From contig NC_057719.1 of the NCBI RefSeq assembly GCF_004010195.1, forward strand, positions 79,390,061 to 79,410,060: 20,000 bases of DNA, written 5' to 3'. The notes under the pieces were generated by a model. It was given only the letters and a program-made list of their open reading frames with translations. It did not search any database and was not told where the DNA came from. The DNA is from Chiloscyllium plagiosum. Its lineage: Eukaryota. Every line of letters begins with the position of its first letter. Position 1 is the first letter of the stretch. Shown piece after piece: positions 9,944-19,811 of the stretch. The translations under genes were made by a program, and so were the position numbers.

Positions 9944-10255
9944 CCCTTCAGGAACACCGCACTCACCTTGCTCAGGCTGACTCCATATCACTCCGAGCGA
10001 AGTTACAGGTCCCTGGGAGTGGCCGTGCTGTGGAGACAATTGACAGCCCGCTCTAGCCCTGGTATGAGGTTGAGTGATCCCTCCCTTGGCATGGGCAGTC
10101 TCTGGTGTTGGTACCGGCGGTGACTCCCTCCTTTCCCTTTGTTTCCTTGGCGTCCCGGGACATGTTTGGTGCAGCTAAGAAGTCCCTGCCTGGTGGGAGC
10201 GACCTTGTCCACTAAGCTTTACAGATGTGGGAAAACGTGTCAGTCACCGCAAATA

Positions 10256-10839
10256 CAGTCTGTTCCTCTGTGATGCAATAGTTGCAGTCTTGAAAATCCC
10301 GCAATAGGAATAATGAGACCTCTGAGGGAAAATAGGGTTAGGGGGTGGACCACCAAAAATATCAGCAAAAATTGTAACAAAAGTAGTAGTTAGCTTAAAA
10401 CAAACAATAGCACAGTCTAAGTAAATCTTAAAATGAGATATTTTAATGAAATAACACAATACATTTAACGTTTTCTTTTCCCTGAAAACCTGGAAGGTAA
10501 TTTGAAAGGGTTTCTGAGCTTGCTGAGTTACAGTGCTGCGCAGTACAGAGCTATATTTTTGCAACTTTGTCCTTCCATATTCATGGAAAACAGCGAGATT
10601 TGCAAAAAAAAAAGGACCGAAAATTACTGAGTACAGCACTGTTCAGGACTGCGTGAGCCAACTGACCATGTGATCTGGACGCAAGTCCAGACCTCAGTGT
10701 ACCAGGATACCTAGTGCCGGGAGTGGAATCACGTAATAGCCAACAGGAGTTTGCGTTTTTAAAAAATCGTTCCCCAATTCACTAATCGCGTTTCAGCTAA
10801 ATTGCGTTGACGAAACGCGCAATTTAGGAGCACAATCTG
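10256..10839. mobile_element. Possible Tigger/pogo-like non-autonomous DNA transposon
   Basis: Starts TA|CAGTCTGTTC and ends GAGCACAATCTG|TT (degenerate TIRs). CpG-rich subterminal motifs (aatcgcgtt, attgcgtt, aaacgcgc). Confidence 0.45.
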
Positions 10840-11379
10840 TTCTGAAGATTCAAAGTCCACGCATCCTTCCCTGTTGAAGTAGACAACGGCTGCATTTTCG
10901 CCCATCTCCCCCTGTAGTTGCAATGGCGAATGATGCTTTGAAGCGTACCCATCAGTGGATTATGATGAGCGCATGAGCTCAAGTTCTTGAGCACAGTGTT
11001 TTCTAAGAAGGAAAATATGAAAGTCAGCTTCTCCAATTGCCCAATTTGTTTTTCCTAATATTATTGGCTGGAAACTTGGCTGCTTTATTTCATAAATGTG
11101 CCAAGTTGTTCCAAAGACTTCAGATTGATTCGTTTTTTTTCTAAATGGGTGAATCTTCAGACCTTTAAAATCGGTTCCAATTAAATGAAAGCCTTACGTT
11201 TATTTTTCCAAGTTTTTTTTTGTTGCTTAAATCCTGTTCCAAACATAGGGAAAATGATCACTTTGTAAATGATAAAAAGACGGCACGCTTTCACAGAAAG
11301 AGATGGAAAACGTGCTGTGTACGTTCCAAAGTCAAAATTAAAAATAAGGCAAAATAAAATGCAATAACGCAATGTTTCA

Positions 11380-11990
11380 GATAGTCTGGTAGATGCCCAT
11401 GTTGTAGCTGTACTGGAATAGCTTGGCTAGGGGTGTGACTAGTTCTGGAGCCCACAGTATCAGTGTTACAGCTGGAATGTTGTCGCAGTTCTATAGTCTT
11501 TACTGGATCCAGGGTCTTCAGTCGTTTCTTGATATGACACGGAGTGAATTGAGTTGGCTGAAGACTAGTATCTCTGATGCAAAGTGATATTCTCCATCCA
11601 GAACAGTTTCTGTGCCTTGGTACCCTCTGTCCTTCCTCCAAGTGATGCTTGACACTGAGGAGAACTGGTTCACCAGCTGGTGGATGGTGGTCAGCAGGTC
11701 CCTTGCCCATATTTGACCTGATGCCATGTGAGTTGAGGCATTTGAAACAATGTTGAGGACTCCGGGGGCACAGTCTATCTACTGTACACCACTGTGCCAT
11801 CAGCTTTAATGGGTCTGCCTTGTCAGGACATAGCCAGGGACATATACTGACAGTATGAGACAGGAAACCTGATTTATCGAGTATGCCCTGGTCAGGCTGT
11901 TACTTGATTAGTCTTTGGGTCTGTGCTCCCAATTTTGGCACAAGTCTGTAGATGACAGTGAGGAGGACCTTGCAGGGCTGACTGGGCCAA
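11380..11990 (-). mobile_element. Internally deleted CR1/L2-group LINE ORF2 fragment (endonuclease region and pre-RT linker)
   Basis: Minus-strand peptides VLLSVKHHLEE, LLTTI and QFTPCHIKKRLKTLDPVK resemble the APE endonuclease region and the pre-RT linker. Multiple frameshifts. Confidence 0.6.
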
Positions 11991-12210
11991 GGTTGAGGCC
12001 ATGTTGTCCATCCAGTTTTATTCTTTCTCAGCTTCTCTGTTGTTGATGCAATTGAATGGCTTGGAGTCAGGTGCAGATCAGACTGCTTACGGACAGCAGA
12101 TTTCCTTCCCTGATAGACATTTTTGACCCCAGTCCCACCCCATCATGGATATCCCTTACATCGCTCTGTATTGGGCAGAGCAAGCCACTGATTAGCAACA
12201 AGACCTGCAA

Positions 12211-12301
12211 TCATTCAAGAAGCGCATTCACCATCACCTTCGCATCTCGGGTTGGTCAGCAAATGGTGGCTTTGCCAGTGATTCCAATGTTCCCAAGAAT
12301 G
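12211..12301 (+). mobile_element. 3' tail of the CR1/L2-group family in + orientation
   Basis: ttcaagaagcgcattcaccatcaccttc is approximately the reverse complement of gaaggtggtagtgagctgtcttcttgaa at 17820-17847. Confidence 0.5.
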
Positions 12302-13300
12302 GGTGTGTGTGAGTGGTTCAGCGCTACAAGCCACTAGGCTGCTTCCAAGCTGCTCCAATTTTGGAGCCGCTTCCCAGAGACCGCTGATTACAGTAGCTGC
12401 ATTTCTAGATCAGGGACATGTAGATGGATGAGGGAAAGTGACATTGTCTTTGGAGGTGGTGCAGCACACATTTACCACAGTGATGCTGAGGCTAAAATAG
12501 ATTAAATCATGAAGACAGTTCAGAGTAACCCTTGGCAGTGTCAGTTGTAGTGCAGTTGATCATCTCTCAGTCAGAATGTTATCAGTTCGATTCCTGTGTC
12601 CAGGGTAGAATTTTATAGTGCAAGTAGGATGTGGTCTCTCCTTCCCTATTGCCACTAGAAGAGAAGCCCGTGGCTGGAGAAAGTGGCCATGGTGCACTAT
12701 GGGTGGACTATATAGATTCAGAGTGGGGCTGCCATGAGTGGATGATGTGAGACTGCATCAAGCAGAAGACCCCATGGATCCCCCATGTGAGAGAAGTTTG
12801 TGCATTGGGTGGGCTTATGGTAGGGATGATTGGCATGTGGGTATTGGGGAGCAGATGGGTAAGAAACTAAGTGTGGGCTATGATCTTTTGGGAGGATGCC
12901 CCACCACATGAGGGTATCCCACTATTACTTCCAGGCAGGCCCCCGGCTCTCAGCATTTGAACACACCCCCGGTCTTCAGTGGCCAATTCATGAAACCAAG
13001 AGACCATGGAATGAACAAAAATGATATTGGTTTGAACTCTATCCTATTTTTAAAAAATATATAAATTATATACTACATAATGCTGTTAGTTGTGGCAACT
13101 TGTACACATCTTATTGTATTTTCACAAATACAAGTAACAAATTTCTATCTACCTACCCTTTTGAGTACTTGAAAGAAGGTTCCCCAATTCCTCCATTACT
13201 CCCAATGCCAAACATACTATAGTGTAAGCTGTGTATTGTTGAGGTCAGTTGTCTTGTTAGCAAACTCAATTTAACGTGAGTTATTTTTAAAAATATGGAT

Positions 13301-13411
13301 GATGTGGAGGTGCCAGTGTTGGATTGGGGTGGATAAAGTCAGAAGTCACGCGACACCAGGTTATAGTCCAATGGGTTTATTTGAAATCACATTTGTGTGA
13401 CTTCTGCCTTT
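13301..13411. mobile_element. Penelope-type fragment, collapsed palindrome (family of 1-64)
   Basis: Shares sequence with 1-31. aaagtcagaagtcacgcga (~13335-13353) is inverted at tttgtgtgacttctgccttt (~13392-13411). Confidence 0.55.
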
Positions 13412-13672
13412 TAAATATGGAAGGCGGACAGCCAGTCTTAGTGACCCGTTCCCATCTACCCTGACCTTGGGGGGTGGGGGGTGGGCTGGGAAGGTGTTAA
13501 AGCTGGGCACCAATCTATTTTACATTGTCCGCTTCCACCCTGCCATAAATGCTCCCTGGATCAGACTTTCCTCTCTGGACCAACATCAACAGACTGGCAT
13601 TATCTGTTTGAACGGCGGAGAGGGTTTCTCCGTTCCAATCCTAGCTACACTTCTATCTTTTGTTCCTTGCAG

Positions 13673-13804
13673 GAAATAGCAAAGCACTTTGATGCCAGCC
13701 AGGAGGGTTATGAGGTGATTGAAGAAGCTATAGACACCATGACAGGCGTGGCCTGGTATATCAATGACATGAAGAGGAAACACGAGCACTCTATCCGACT
13801 GCAG
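13673..13804 (+). CDS. PLEKHG3: PLEKHG-family exon E (end of DH): [44 protein letters not shown]
   Basis: Acceptor tttgttccttgcAG, donor CAG|gtattt. 132 nt, phase 0 to 0. EIAKHFD and [19 protein letters not shown] match PLEKHG3. Confidence 0.95.
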
Positions 13805-14599
13805 GTATTTAACATCTCCATCAGGGTTGACCTATACTGAGTCTTTCACTCATACACAAAGTGGGTCAGTTTTGTCTCTCACTGTCCCACCAATCCAATC
13901 CCTATCCTCCTATATTATTGATTGCAGGACAGATTTTTAAGCGGAGTCCACAACTCCAAACTCTCCTTGAGAGAAAACCAGCTACTGAGATGGTAATGGA
14001 GGCAGTTGAAGGGGTTGGCCAACATGCTGGATGGCCTTTGTCCATTCACTGGAGAATTGGGCCACTTATAGTCATGACAAGCAGGTACTCAAACCTCACT
14101 CACCCTTTACTCCTTCTCATGAACCCCATATCCCTCTGACTCCAATGTCCTCCATATCTCCACGCATTCTCATGTGTCCCAGTATCCACCATGTACAAAG
14201 CCAGGGAGCCATTGGCAAGCTTGGTAGGTCTTTAAATGCTTGTGAAATTAACATAACAAGCTTTGCAATTTACTGTGGAAAGCTTCTCAGCTTACTCATT
14301 CAGCTCACAGGTATTCACATTATCGATGACAAAAAGTCTTTATCCACTTCACCGTTCTCAATTTTGTGTAGGTATGCTCACAGGCATTTAGAGCATTTCT
14401 CAAAGAAATGACGGTATTAGGTAATAAAAATGTCAATCACACAAAGTGCGGTGCGCAAGCTGTGAGTGCATTTGCCATTCTTTGACATTAACTAGTTGTT
14501 CCTAATGAGGCTATCTGGAAACGAAATTCACTTAAGTCTTGAAAAAAGATATTATGCGACATCTGTTTTGTCAGATCACTTCATTGTTTGAAAGTAAAA

Positions 14600-14915
14600 C
14601 TGCATCTCTACTGCCGTTAAGCCAGCTGCCTCAGTAAACCTGCTGTCTGTGTTACTAATTATTCCTGATAGTAATCTAGTTACCTCACACGGTCACTCAG
14701 TAATCCTTATTCCTCTGTGTTACTGACTGCATCTCTCCTGATGTTAATCCAGCTCCTTCACGCTGTCACTCAGTAACCCCTCTCTCCCAGCATCCTGTGT
14801 TACTGATTGTATCTCTCCTGATGTCAATCCAGCTGCCCCACACTGCCACACAGTAGATACGCATCCCTCCACCACCACCAGCACCCTGTGTTACTGACTG
14901 TACCCCCTTCTGATG
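14600..14915. repeat. Tandem array of ~60-nt cores separated by variable-length pyrimidine-rich linkers (about 4 copies)
   Basis: CTGTGTTACT at 14647, 14715, 14795 and 14886 (periods 68, 80, 91). Core approximately CTGTGTTACTGACTGCATCTCTCCTGATGTTAATCCAGCT..CAC.CTGTCACTCAGTAA. Confidence 0.85.
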
Positions 14916-15036
14916 TTTGGTGGAAGTGGGATGTGGAATAGGGATAAATAGTTTGGGTGGCCATGTTGCTCTTGAACATATTCCGCTTGTGTGACAGCTG
15001 TTTAAAGAGTGGGGAACTTCATGTTTGTCTTCCCAG

Positions 15037-15219
15037 GAGGTACAGAGCTTGCTGATCAATTGGAATGGACCAGATCTGACAACGTACGGAGAGCTGGTCT
15101 TGGAAGGAACATTCCGGATACACCGAGCCAAAAACGAACGCACTTTATTCCTGTTTGACAAAGTTCTACTGCTGGCCAAGAAAAGAGGAGAGCACTTCAT
15201 TTACAAGACCCATATTATG
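15037..15219 (+). CDS. PLEKHG3: PLEKHG-family exon F (PH domain start): [61 protein letters not shown]
   Basis: Acceptor tttgtcttcccAG, donor ATG|gtacct (weak). 183 nt, phase 0 to 0. GELVLEG and R.LFLF...LL..K are typical of the PH domain of DH-PH GEFs. Confidence 0.93.
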
Positions 15220-15620
15220 GTACCTGACATGTTTACAGATAAGTTGAAGGAATTAAAGATACCTTGAAATAACTGATACCTAAGAGTTAGTTATAGACTA
15301 GGACATAATCAAGGGGTTCAAATGGTTTTAATATGGAATAATGGATGCCTGGGAGTGAGGTACAGACTGGAATCGAATTGCCTTGTTGAGATGTGAGGAA
15401 CCTATGCAGAGCATTATTCAGTGCTGTGCGGTGCAGTTTTTTTACTAATGCAGGAGAAACCATGACCCACATGAAGACAGGAATTTTGAGGCTAAGTGCT
15501 GCTAATGTCAGCAATGGATACCAGTGGCGACCAATTTACTCAGGGGTCCTGATCTGAATGAGCCAGCATTTGAACAGACACTACGGTTTTGTACATCTAG
15601 CTTATGTTGAGGTGGAAATT

Positions 15621-15726
15621 GAGTTGTGAGGAACGGTCACTCAACCCAAAATGTTAACTCTGACTTCTTTCCACAGATGCTACCAGACCTGATGAGCTTT
15701 TCCAGCAATTTCTATTTTTGGTTCTG
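15621..15726 (+). mobile_element. Penelope-type fragment with degenerate hammerhead-like motif
   Basis: GAGTT-GTGAGGA-A-CGGTC-ACTC-AACCC-AAAA-TGTT-AACTC followed by ccacagatgctaccagacctgatgagcttttccagc. Similar to 18815-18895. Confidence 0.55.
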
Positions 15727-15772
15727 GAAATTGAATTATAATAGATTTTTTTTCTCTCTCTTTTTCTAACAG

Positions 15773-15865
15773 TGTTCCGCACTGATGTTAATTGAAAGCA
15801 CCAGAGACTCTCTCTGCTTCGGACTGTCTCATTACAAGAACCCAAAACAGCAGCACACTGTCCAG
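15773..15865 (+). CDS. PLEKHG3: PLEKHG-family exon G (PH domain): CSALMLIESTRDSLCFGLSHYKNPKQQHTVQ
   Basis: Acceptor ttttttttctctctctttttctaacAG, donor CAG|gtatga. 93 nt, phase 0 to 0. CS.LMLIESTRDSLCF favours PLEKHG3 over PLEKHG1/2 (recalled sequences). Confidence 0.92.
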
Positions 15866-16377
15866 GTATGAAACATACAATGCTTTGAGAGTGATAGCAA
15901 CTCTCAGACCGTCCCTTCCACTTGTCTTAGAGCGTACTGGTGTGATTGTGAGCAAAATTTCTGATGTTGACATTTGCCCGCTACATGTGCACATATGTGC
16001 ACGCATACACAGACATGTAATGAATTTCATCTTTACTCTGTGTGATTGTGTAGCTTCACTGGATGCCAAGTTAAGTCTTTTTTTTTTAACCCCTCTTTCC
16101 CATAATGCTTCTACACCACTGATGTTTAAAAGAAAAATTTAGCAAGTTTTGTGGAGAGCAGGAATTTTTCCCAGAGCTTTGGGTATATTTTGTATCCTGT
16201 TTCAATAAAACACAATTAATATTTGCTTTGGACTGGCCTTTCTTTTTCCTCCTTCCAGAGAGATTATAGAGTTGCCTAGTGTGATGCTAAACCAGGCATT
16301 AAAATAGACCCAGACTGCGTCTGCAGGGTATATGGTCGGGCCAGACACAGTTGAGACTTTGTACTTCCTTGTGTGTT

Positions 16378-16600
16378 GATGGTTAAGGTGATCTAATCAA
16401 TGTAGGGCTTAAAAGGGTAGAAGAACAATCTCACACAGTCCAGGAATCTAGAAGAAGGGGATATAACCTTAAGGCCATTCAGGGGTCATGACAGAAATCA
16501 TTTCTTCATATAAAAGACACTATTGAAACCATACCACCCCCAAAAAATATCGTTTTGCACTCTGCATGTCAGTTTGGAGCTTTCAAGAGTGGGATTGATT
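16378..16600 (+). mobile_element. Highly decayed CR1 3' fragment
   Basis: ggttaaggtgatctaat, tctagaagaaggggatataacctt and agaaatcatttcttca resemble the CR1 ORF2 end (RLRGDL..TRGH..FF). Confidence 0.4.
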
Positions 16601-17123
16601 GTTTTGTTTGATGGCTGTTTGAGGCACCTTTTACTGCACCAGTTGGCTGTTGTATATCTGACACCACTGCAATGTTGATACTTTGAAATGTTCTGTATTC
16701 AAGAAAGTTCTTTGTTCAGTGTTCAACAGCCCCATCTCTGTTAGATGGACAAATGCCACAGAGCGGTGTTTCAGCTGATCCTTGCAATCTCTATAATGGA
16801 ATCCCACACAGGCATTGATCTGTCATGGGTTTAGTTACCAGATCAACACCTTCAGTCAAAGGACGAAGACTATGAGGGATACGGATCGCTTTTGAGCGCA
16901 GCATCAGCATTCATTTCTCGGGATGCTGTCATCTTCCAGCAAGAGTTGAAGCATCGTTTACATTTCCCATCACCTTCGAGAGACTGTAAGACAGATGGAT
17001 CCTAATTATGCCAGTGTTTAAAGGGTTAAATTGACTGAGATAAACATTTTTTTTGGTGGGTGAAGGTACCAAAGGATATGTGCTGAGACAGGAAAAAGGA
17101 GATGAGGTACTAAACAAACAAGT

Positions 17124-17259
17124 GGAGGCAGTGACCCAGTGGTATTATCATTGGACTGTTAATCCAGAGACCCAGGTATGTTCGAATCCCGCCAGGACAG
17201 ATGGCTTGAATTTGAATTCAGTGCAAGTCTGGAACTAAGGATCTAATGATGAGCACCAT
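17124..17259 (+). mobile_element. tRNA-derived SINE 5' fragment
   Basis: GGAGGCAGTGACCCAGTGGTATTA (A-box-like) ... GTTCGAATCCC (B box), followed by a non-tRNA body (gaatttgaattca..tctggaa). Confidence 0.6.
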
Positions 17260-17304
17260 TCCTGGTTAAGCCAGTATTTTTTTGCTCTTTCCAAAATATC
17301 TTTT

Positions 17305-17473
17305 TAAAGGTGACGATGAGCTGCTGCCTTGAACAACTACAGTCAGTGGGGTGTAGGTGCATTATCTATACTACAGGATTTTGACCCAATCTCATTGAAG
17401 GAACAGCGGTACATTTCCAGTTCGGAATGGTCAGTGGCTTGGAGGGGAACCTGCAGGCAGTGCTGCCTCCATC
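17305..17473 (-). mobile_element. Short copy of the CR1/L2-group LINE 3' end
   Basis: caggattttgaccca..gaaggaa..atttcca..agtggcttggaggggaac.tgcagg is shared with 17902-17985. Confidence 0.7.
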
Positions 17474-17750
17474 AGTCCTAAGGCTTTCCTATTTTACCTG
17501 AAATTTGGTGCCCAGACTCTTCACTGTACTCCAGCTGAGGCTTAATCAGTAATTTTTAAAAAATGGTTCTGCTGTTATCTTTGTAGTTGGGTCCTTGTTT
17601 TAAAAGCTCAAGTAACTCTTAGTTTATTAGCCACCTTATCACACTTCCCAACCACCTTTTTGGGATATTAATGCTAAAGTCGTTTTGCTCATCTCCACGT
17701 TTCAAACTTGCAGTTTACCATTCCTCCAAAAGAACATCACTTGTTTTATT

Positions 17751-18567
17751 TATTATTCATTTGTGAGACTTGGCGTTGCTGGCTGGCTAGCATTTATTGC
17801 CCATTCCTAGTTACCCTGAGAAGGTGGTAGTGAGCTGTCTTCTTGAACCACTGCAGTCCACCTGCTGTGGGTTGACCTACATGCCCTTAGGGAGGGAAAT
17901 CCAGGATTTTGACCCAGCGACAGTGAAGGAATGGCAATATATTTCCAAGTCATGACAGTGAGTGGCTTGGAGGGGAACTTGCAGGGGGTGGTGTTCCCAT
18001 GTGTCTGCTGCCCTTGTCCTTCTAGATGGAAGTGGCTGTGGGTTTGGAAAGTGCTAACTGAGGATCTTTTGTTGAATTTCTGCAGCGCATCTTGTAGATA
18101 ATACACATAGCTGCTACTGAGTATTGGTGGTGGAGGGAGTGGATACTTGTGGATATAGTGCCACTCAAACAGGCTGCTTTGTCCTGCATTGTGTCAAGCT
18201 TCTTGAGTGTTATTGGAGCTGCACTCATCCAGGCAAGTGGGGAGTATTCCATCACACTCCTGACTTGTGCCTTGTAGATGGTGGACAGGCTATGGGGAAA
18301 AAACAATGACTGCAGATGCTGGAAACCAGATTCTGGATTAGTGGTGCTGGAAGAGCACAGCAGTTCAGGCAGCATCCAAGGAGCAGCGAAATCGACGTTT
18401 CGGGCAAAAGCCATTCATCAGGAGTCAGGAGGTGAATTACTTGCTGCAGCATTCCTAACCTGTAACATTCTTTTGTAGCCAGTCCAGTTGAGTTTCTCGT
18501 CAATAATAAACCCCCCCAGGAAGTTGATAGTGGAGGATTCAGTGATGGTAACACCATTGAATGTCAC
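17751..18567 (-). mobile_element. CR1/L2-group LINE 3' fragment (post-RT C-terminus and 3' UTR) interrupted by a Penelope-type insertion
   Basis: Minus-strand peptides RLGMLQQVIHLLTP | HSLSTIYKAQVRSVMEYSPLAWMSAAPITLKKLDTMQDKAACL carry the YK..VR..MEY...W motif of CR1/L2/Jockey-group ORF2. Confidence 0.85.
18299..18420 (-). mobile_element. Penelope-type insertion carrying a near-intact minimal hammerhead motif
   Basis: Minus strand 18421 to 18394 reads CTGATGA-A-TGGC-TTTT-GCCC-GAAAC-GTC. Homologous to the arms at 7535-7734; flanked by GGA at 18296-18298 and 18421-18423. Confidence 0.75.
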
Positions 18568-18749
18568 ACATCTCTGCATGGAACTCTGCTGTACTACTAC
18601 ACATTTTACCATCCTGTCTTTGCCAGCAACCCTCATTACTATCTGTTACATTAATAGAATTTGTAACATTTGCAAACTTTGTCACTTTGTATGAAAACTT
18701 TTCATGAGTGTCCCTTCAGCACTTTTCAGACGCTAGACCACCAAAAAAT

Positions 18750-18895
18750 AACCAAAGAATTATAGATGCTGGAAACTTGAAACAAAATCAGAAACCTCTG
18801 GGAAAACCTCAGCTCTCAGAAGGGTCACTGGACTTGAAACTCAACTCATCCTTCTCTCCACAGATGCCAGCTTTTCTTAGTAATACCTGATTTTG
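18750..18895. mobile_element. Decayed Penelope-type element (family of 15621-15726)
   Basis: agatgctggaaacttgaaacaaaatcagaa arm followed by ctcagaagggtcactggacttgaaactcaactc..ctctccacagatgccag. Confidence 0.5.
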
Positions 18896-18972
18896 CAAAG
18901 CAGACCCTGCCTGATTGTCATAATTGTGCGCAATGAGCGGTGGCTGGAAAATAGGCCACAGCCGATTTAGGG

Positions 18973-19044
18973 GATTAGATTAGATTATTTACAGTGTGGA
19001 AACAGGCCGTTCGGCCCAACAAGTCCACACCGACCTTCCGAAGA
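18973..19044 (-). mobile_element. HE1 SINE / HER1 LINE 3' tail
   Basis: gattagattagatt..acagtgtggaaacaggccgttcggcccaacaagtccacaccgacc is the reverse complement of the tail at 9880-9925. Confidence 0.75.
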
Positions 19045-19049
19045 TGTTG

Positions 19050-19200
19050 AAGTCAAAATCTAATGGGCTCACGACCTACTCCAGAAAAGCACCAGATCTA
19101 AGCCAGTACACTGAAGTCATATTGAACAAATATTTCGTTGTTAAGGTGCCAACTTTTGGATGAAGTTTTAAATTGAGGGCCCAGTTGTCCCCTTGAGTGA
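19050..19200 (+). mobile_element. Decayed DeuSINE-like 5' fragment
   Basis: cctactccaga..agcac..atcta and aggtgccaacttttggatgaagttttaaattgagggccc resemble the recalled SacSINE1 5' and central part. Confidence 0.4.
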
Positions 19201-19277
19201 ATTACTTTTGTTGATTTTTATTAGTTGCACTGTTTTTTTAAAAGAAAAAGGCACTTACTACATTTTAATTTTTTTTG

Positions 19278-19640
19278 TGTTGTAAGTGTGAGGCATTGCA
19301 TTTTGGAAGCTCTTATAAAGGTTATACACAAATGGTAGGTCCCTGGGGAGTACTGAGGAACAAAGGTGGTGAGGGTCCAGAGGAGATTCACCAGGATCTT
19401 GTCTGGGATAAAAAGTCTCAGGAGACACAAGGTAGGCTGGTTTATTTTCCCCCTGGAGCAGAGGAGGCTGAGGGGGTGATCTGATTAAAGTATACAAAAT
19501 TACGAGAGAGTGGATTGTGAGAACCTTTTCCTCATGGCGGGTGTGCCTCAGACCAGAGGGTTGAACTTATGTTATGGAGGAAGTGGAATGGAAGAGAATC
19601 TGAGGAAATGTTTATGCACCCAGAGAGTGTGTGAAATAAC
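19278..19640 (+). mobile_element. CR1 LINE ORF2 C-terminal fragment
   Basis: Frameshifted peptides KCEALHFGS, RVQRRFTRIL, LEQRRLRG/DLIKVYKI and QTRG, all characteristic of CR1. Confidence 0.8.
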
Positions 19641-19811
19641 TGCACCGAGATGGGTATCCTGTCACCAAATCACCCTTTATTTACTGAACTGTGGAGACTT
19701 TAAATCTCCTGCTTATATATTTTTTTGTCTATATCCTTTTTTTTTTGCTACATTTTAATTGATACTGATGTCAGTCATCAATTATCAATAACCGCTGAGA
19801 GGAAACAGAGT

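Noticed and set aside
14600..14915. CRISPR-like repeat-spacer appearance
   Set aside because: Repeats are ~60 nt and degenerate, the linkers are related pyrimidine-rich runs of unequal length, the context is a vertebrate intron, and there are no cas genes.
15031..15045. cag|GAG|gtacag as a 3-nt exon or recursive splice site
   Set aside because: Fully explained by the E-V-Q codons at the start of exon F; no further support.
14766..15200. 144-aa minus-strand ORF (also 13586-13789, 3603-3869 and 956-1147)
   Set aside because: Antisense shadows of real exons with no independent coding signal.
15689..15700. Extra CTGATGAG as a hammerhead core or snoRNA box C
   Set aside because: No downstream stem II plus GAAA, and no matching box D or terminal stem; it looks like a point variant within the repeat body.
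18022..18414. 130-aa ORF as an intact gene
   Set aside because: Chimeric read-through of the Penelope-type insert into a decayed LINE ORF2 fragment.
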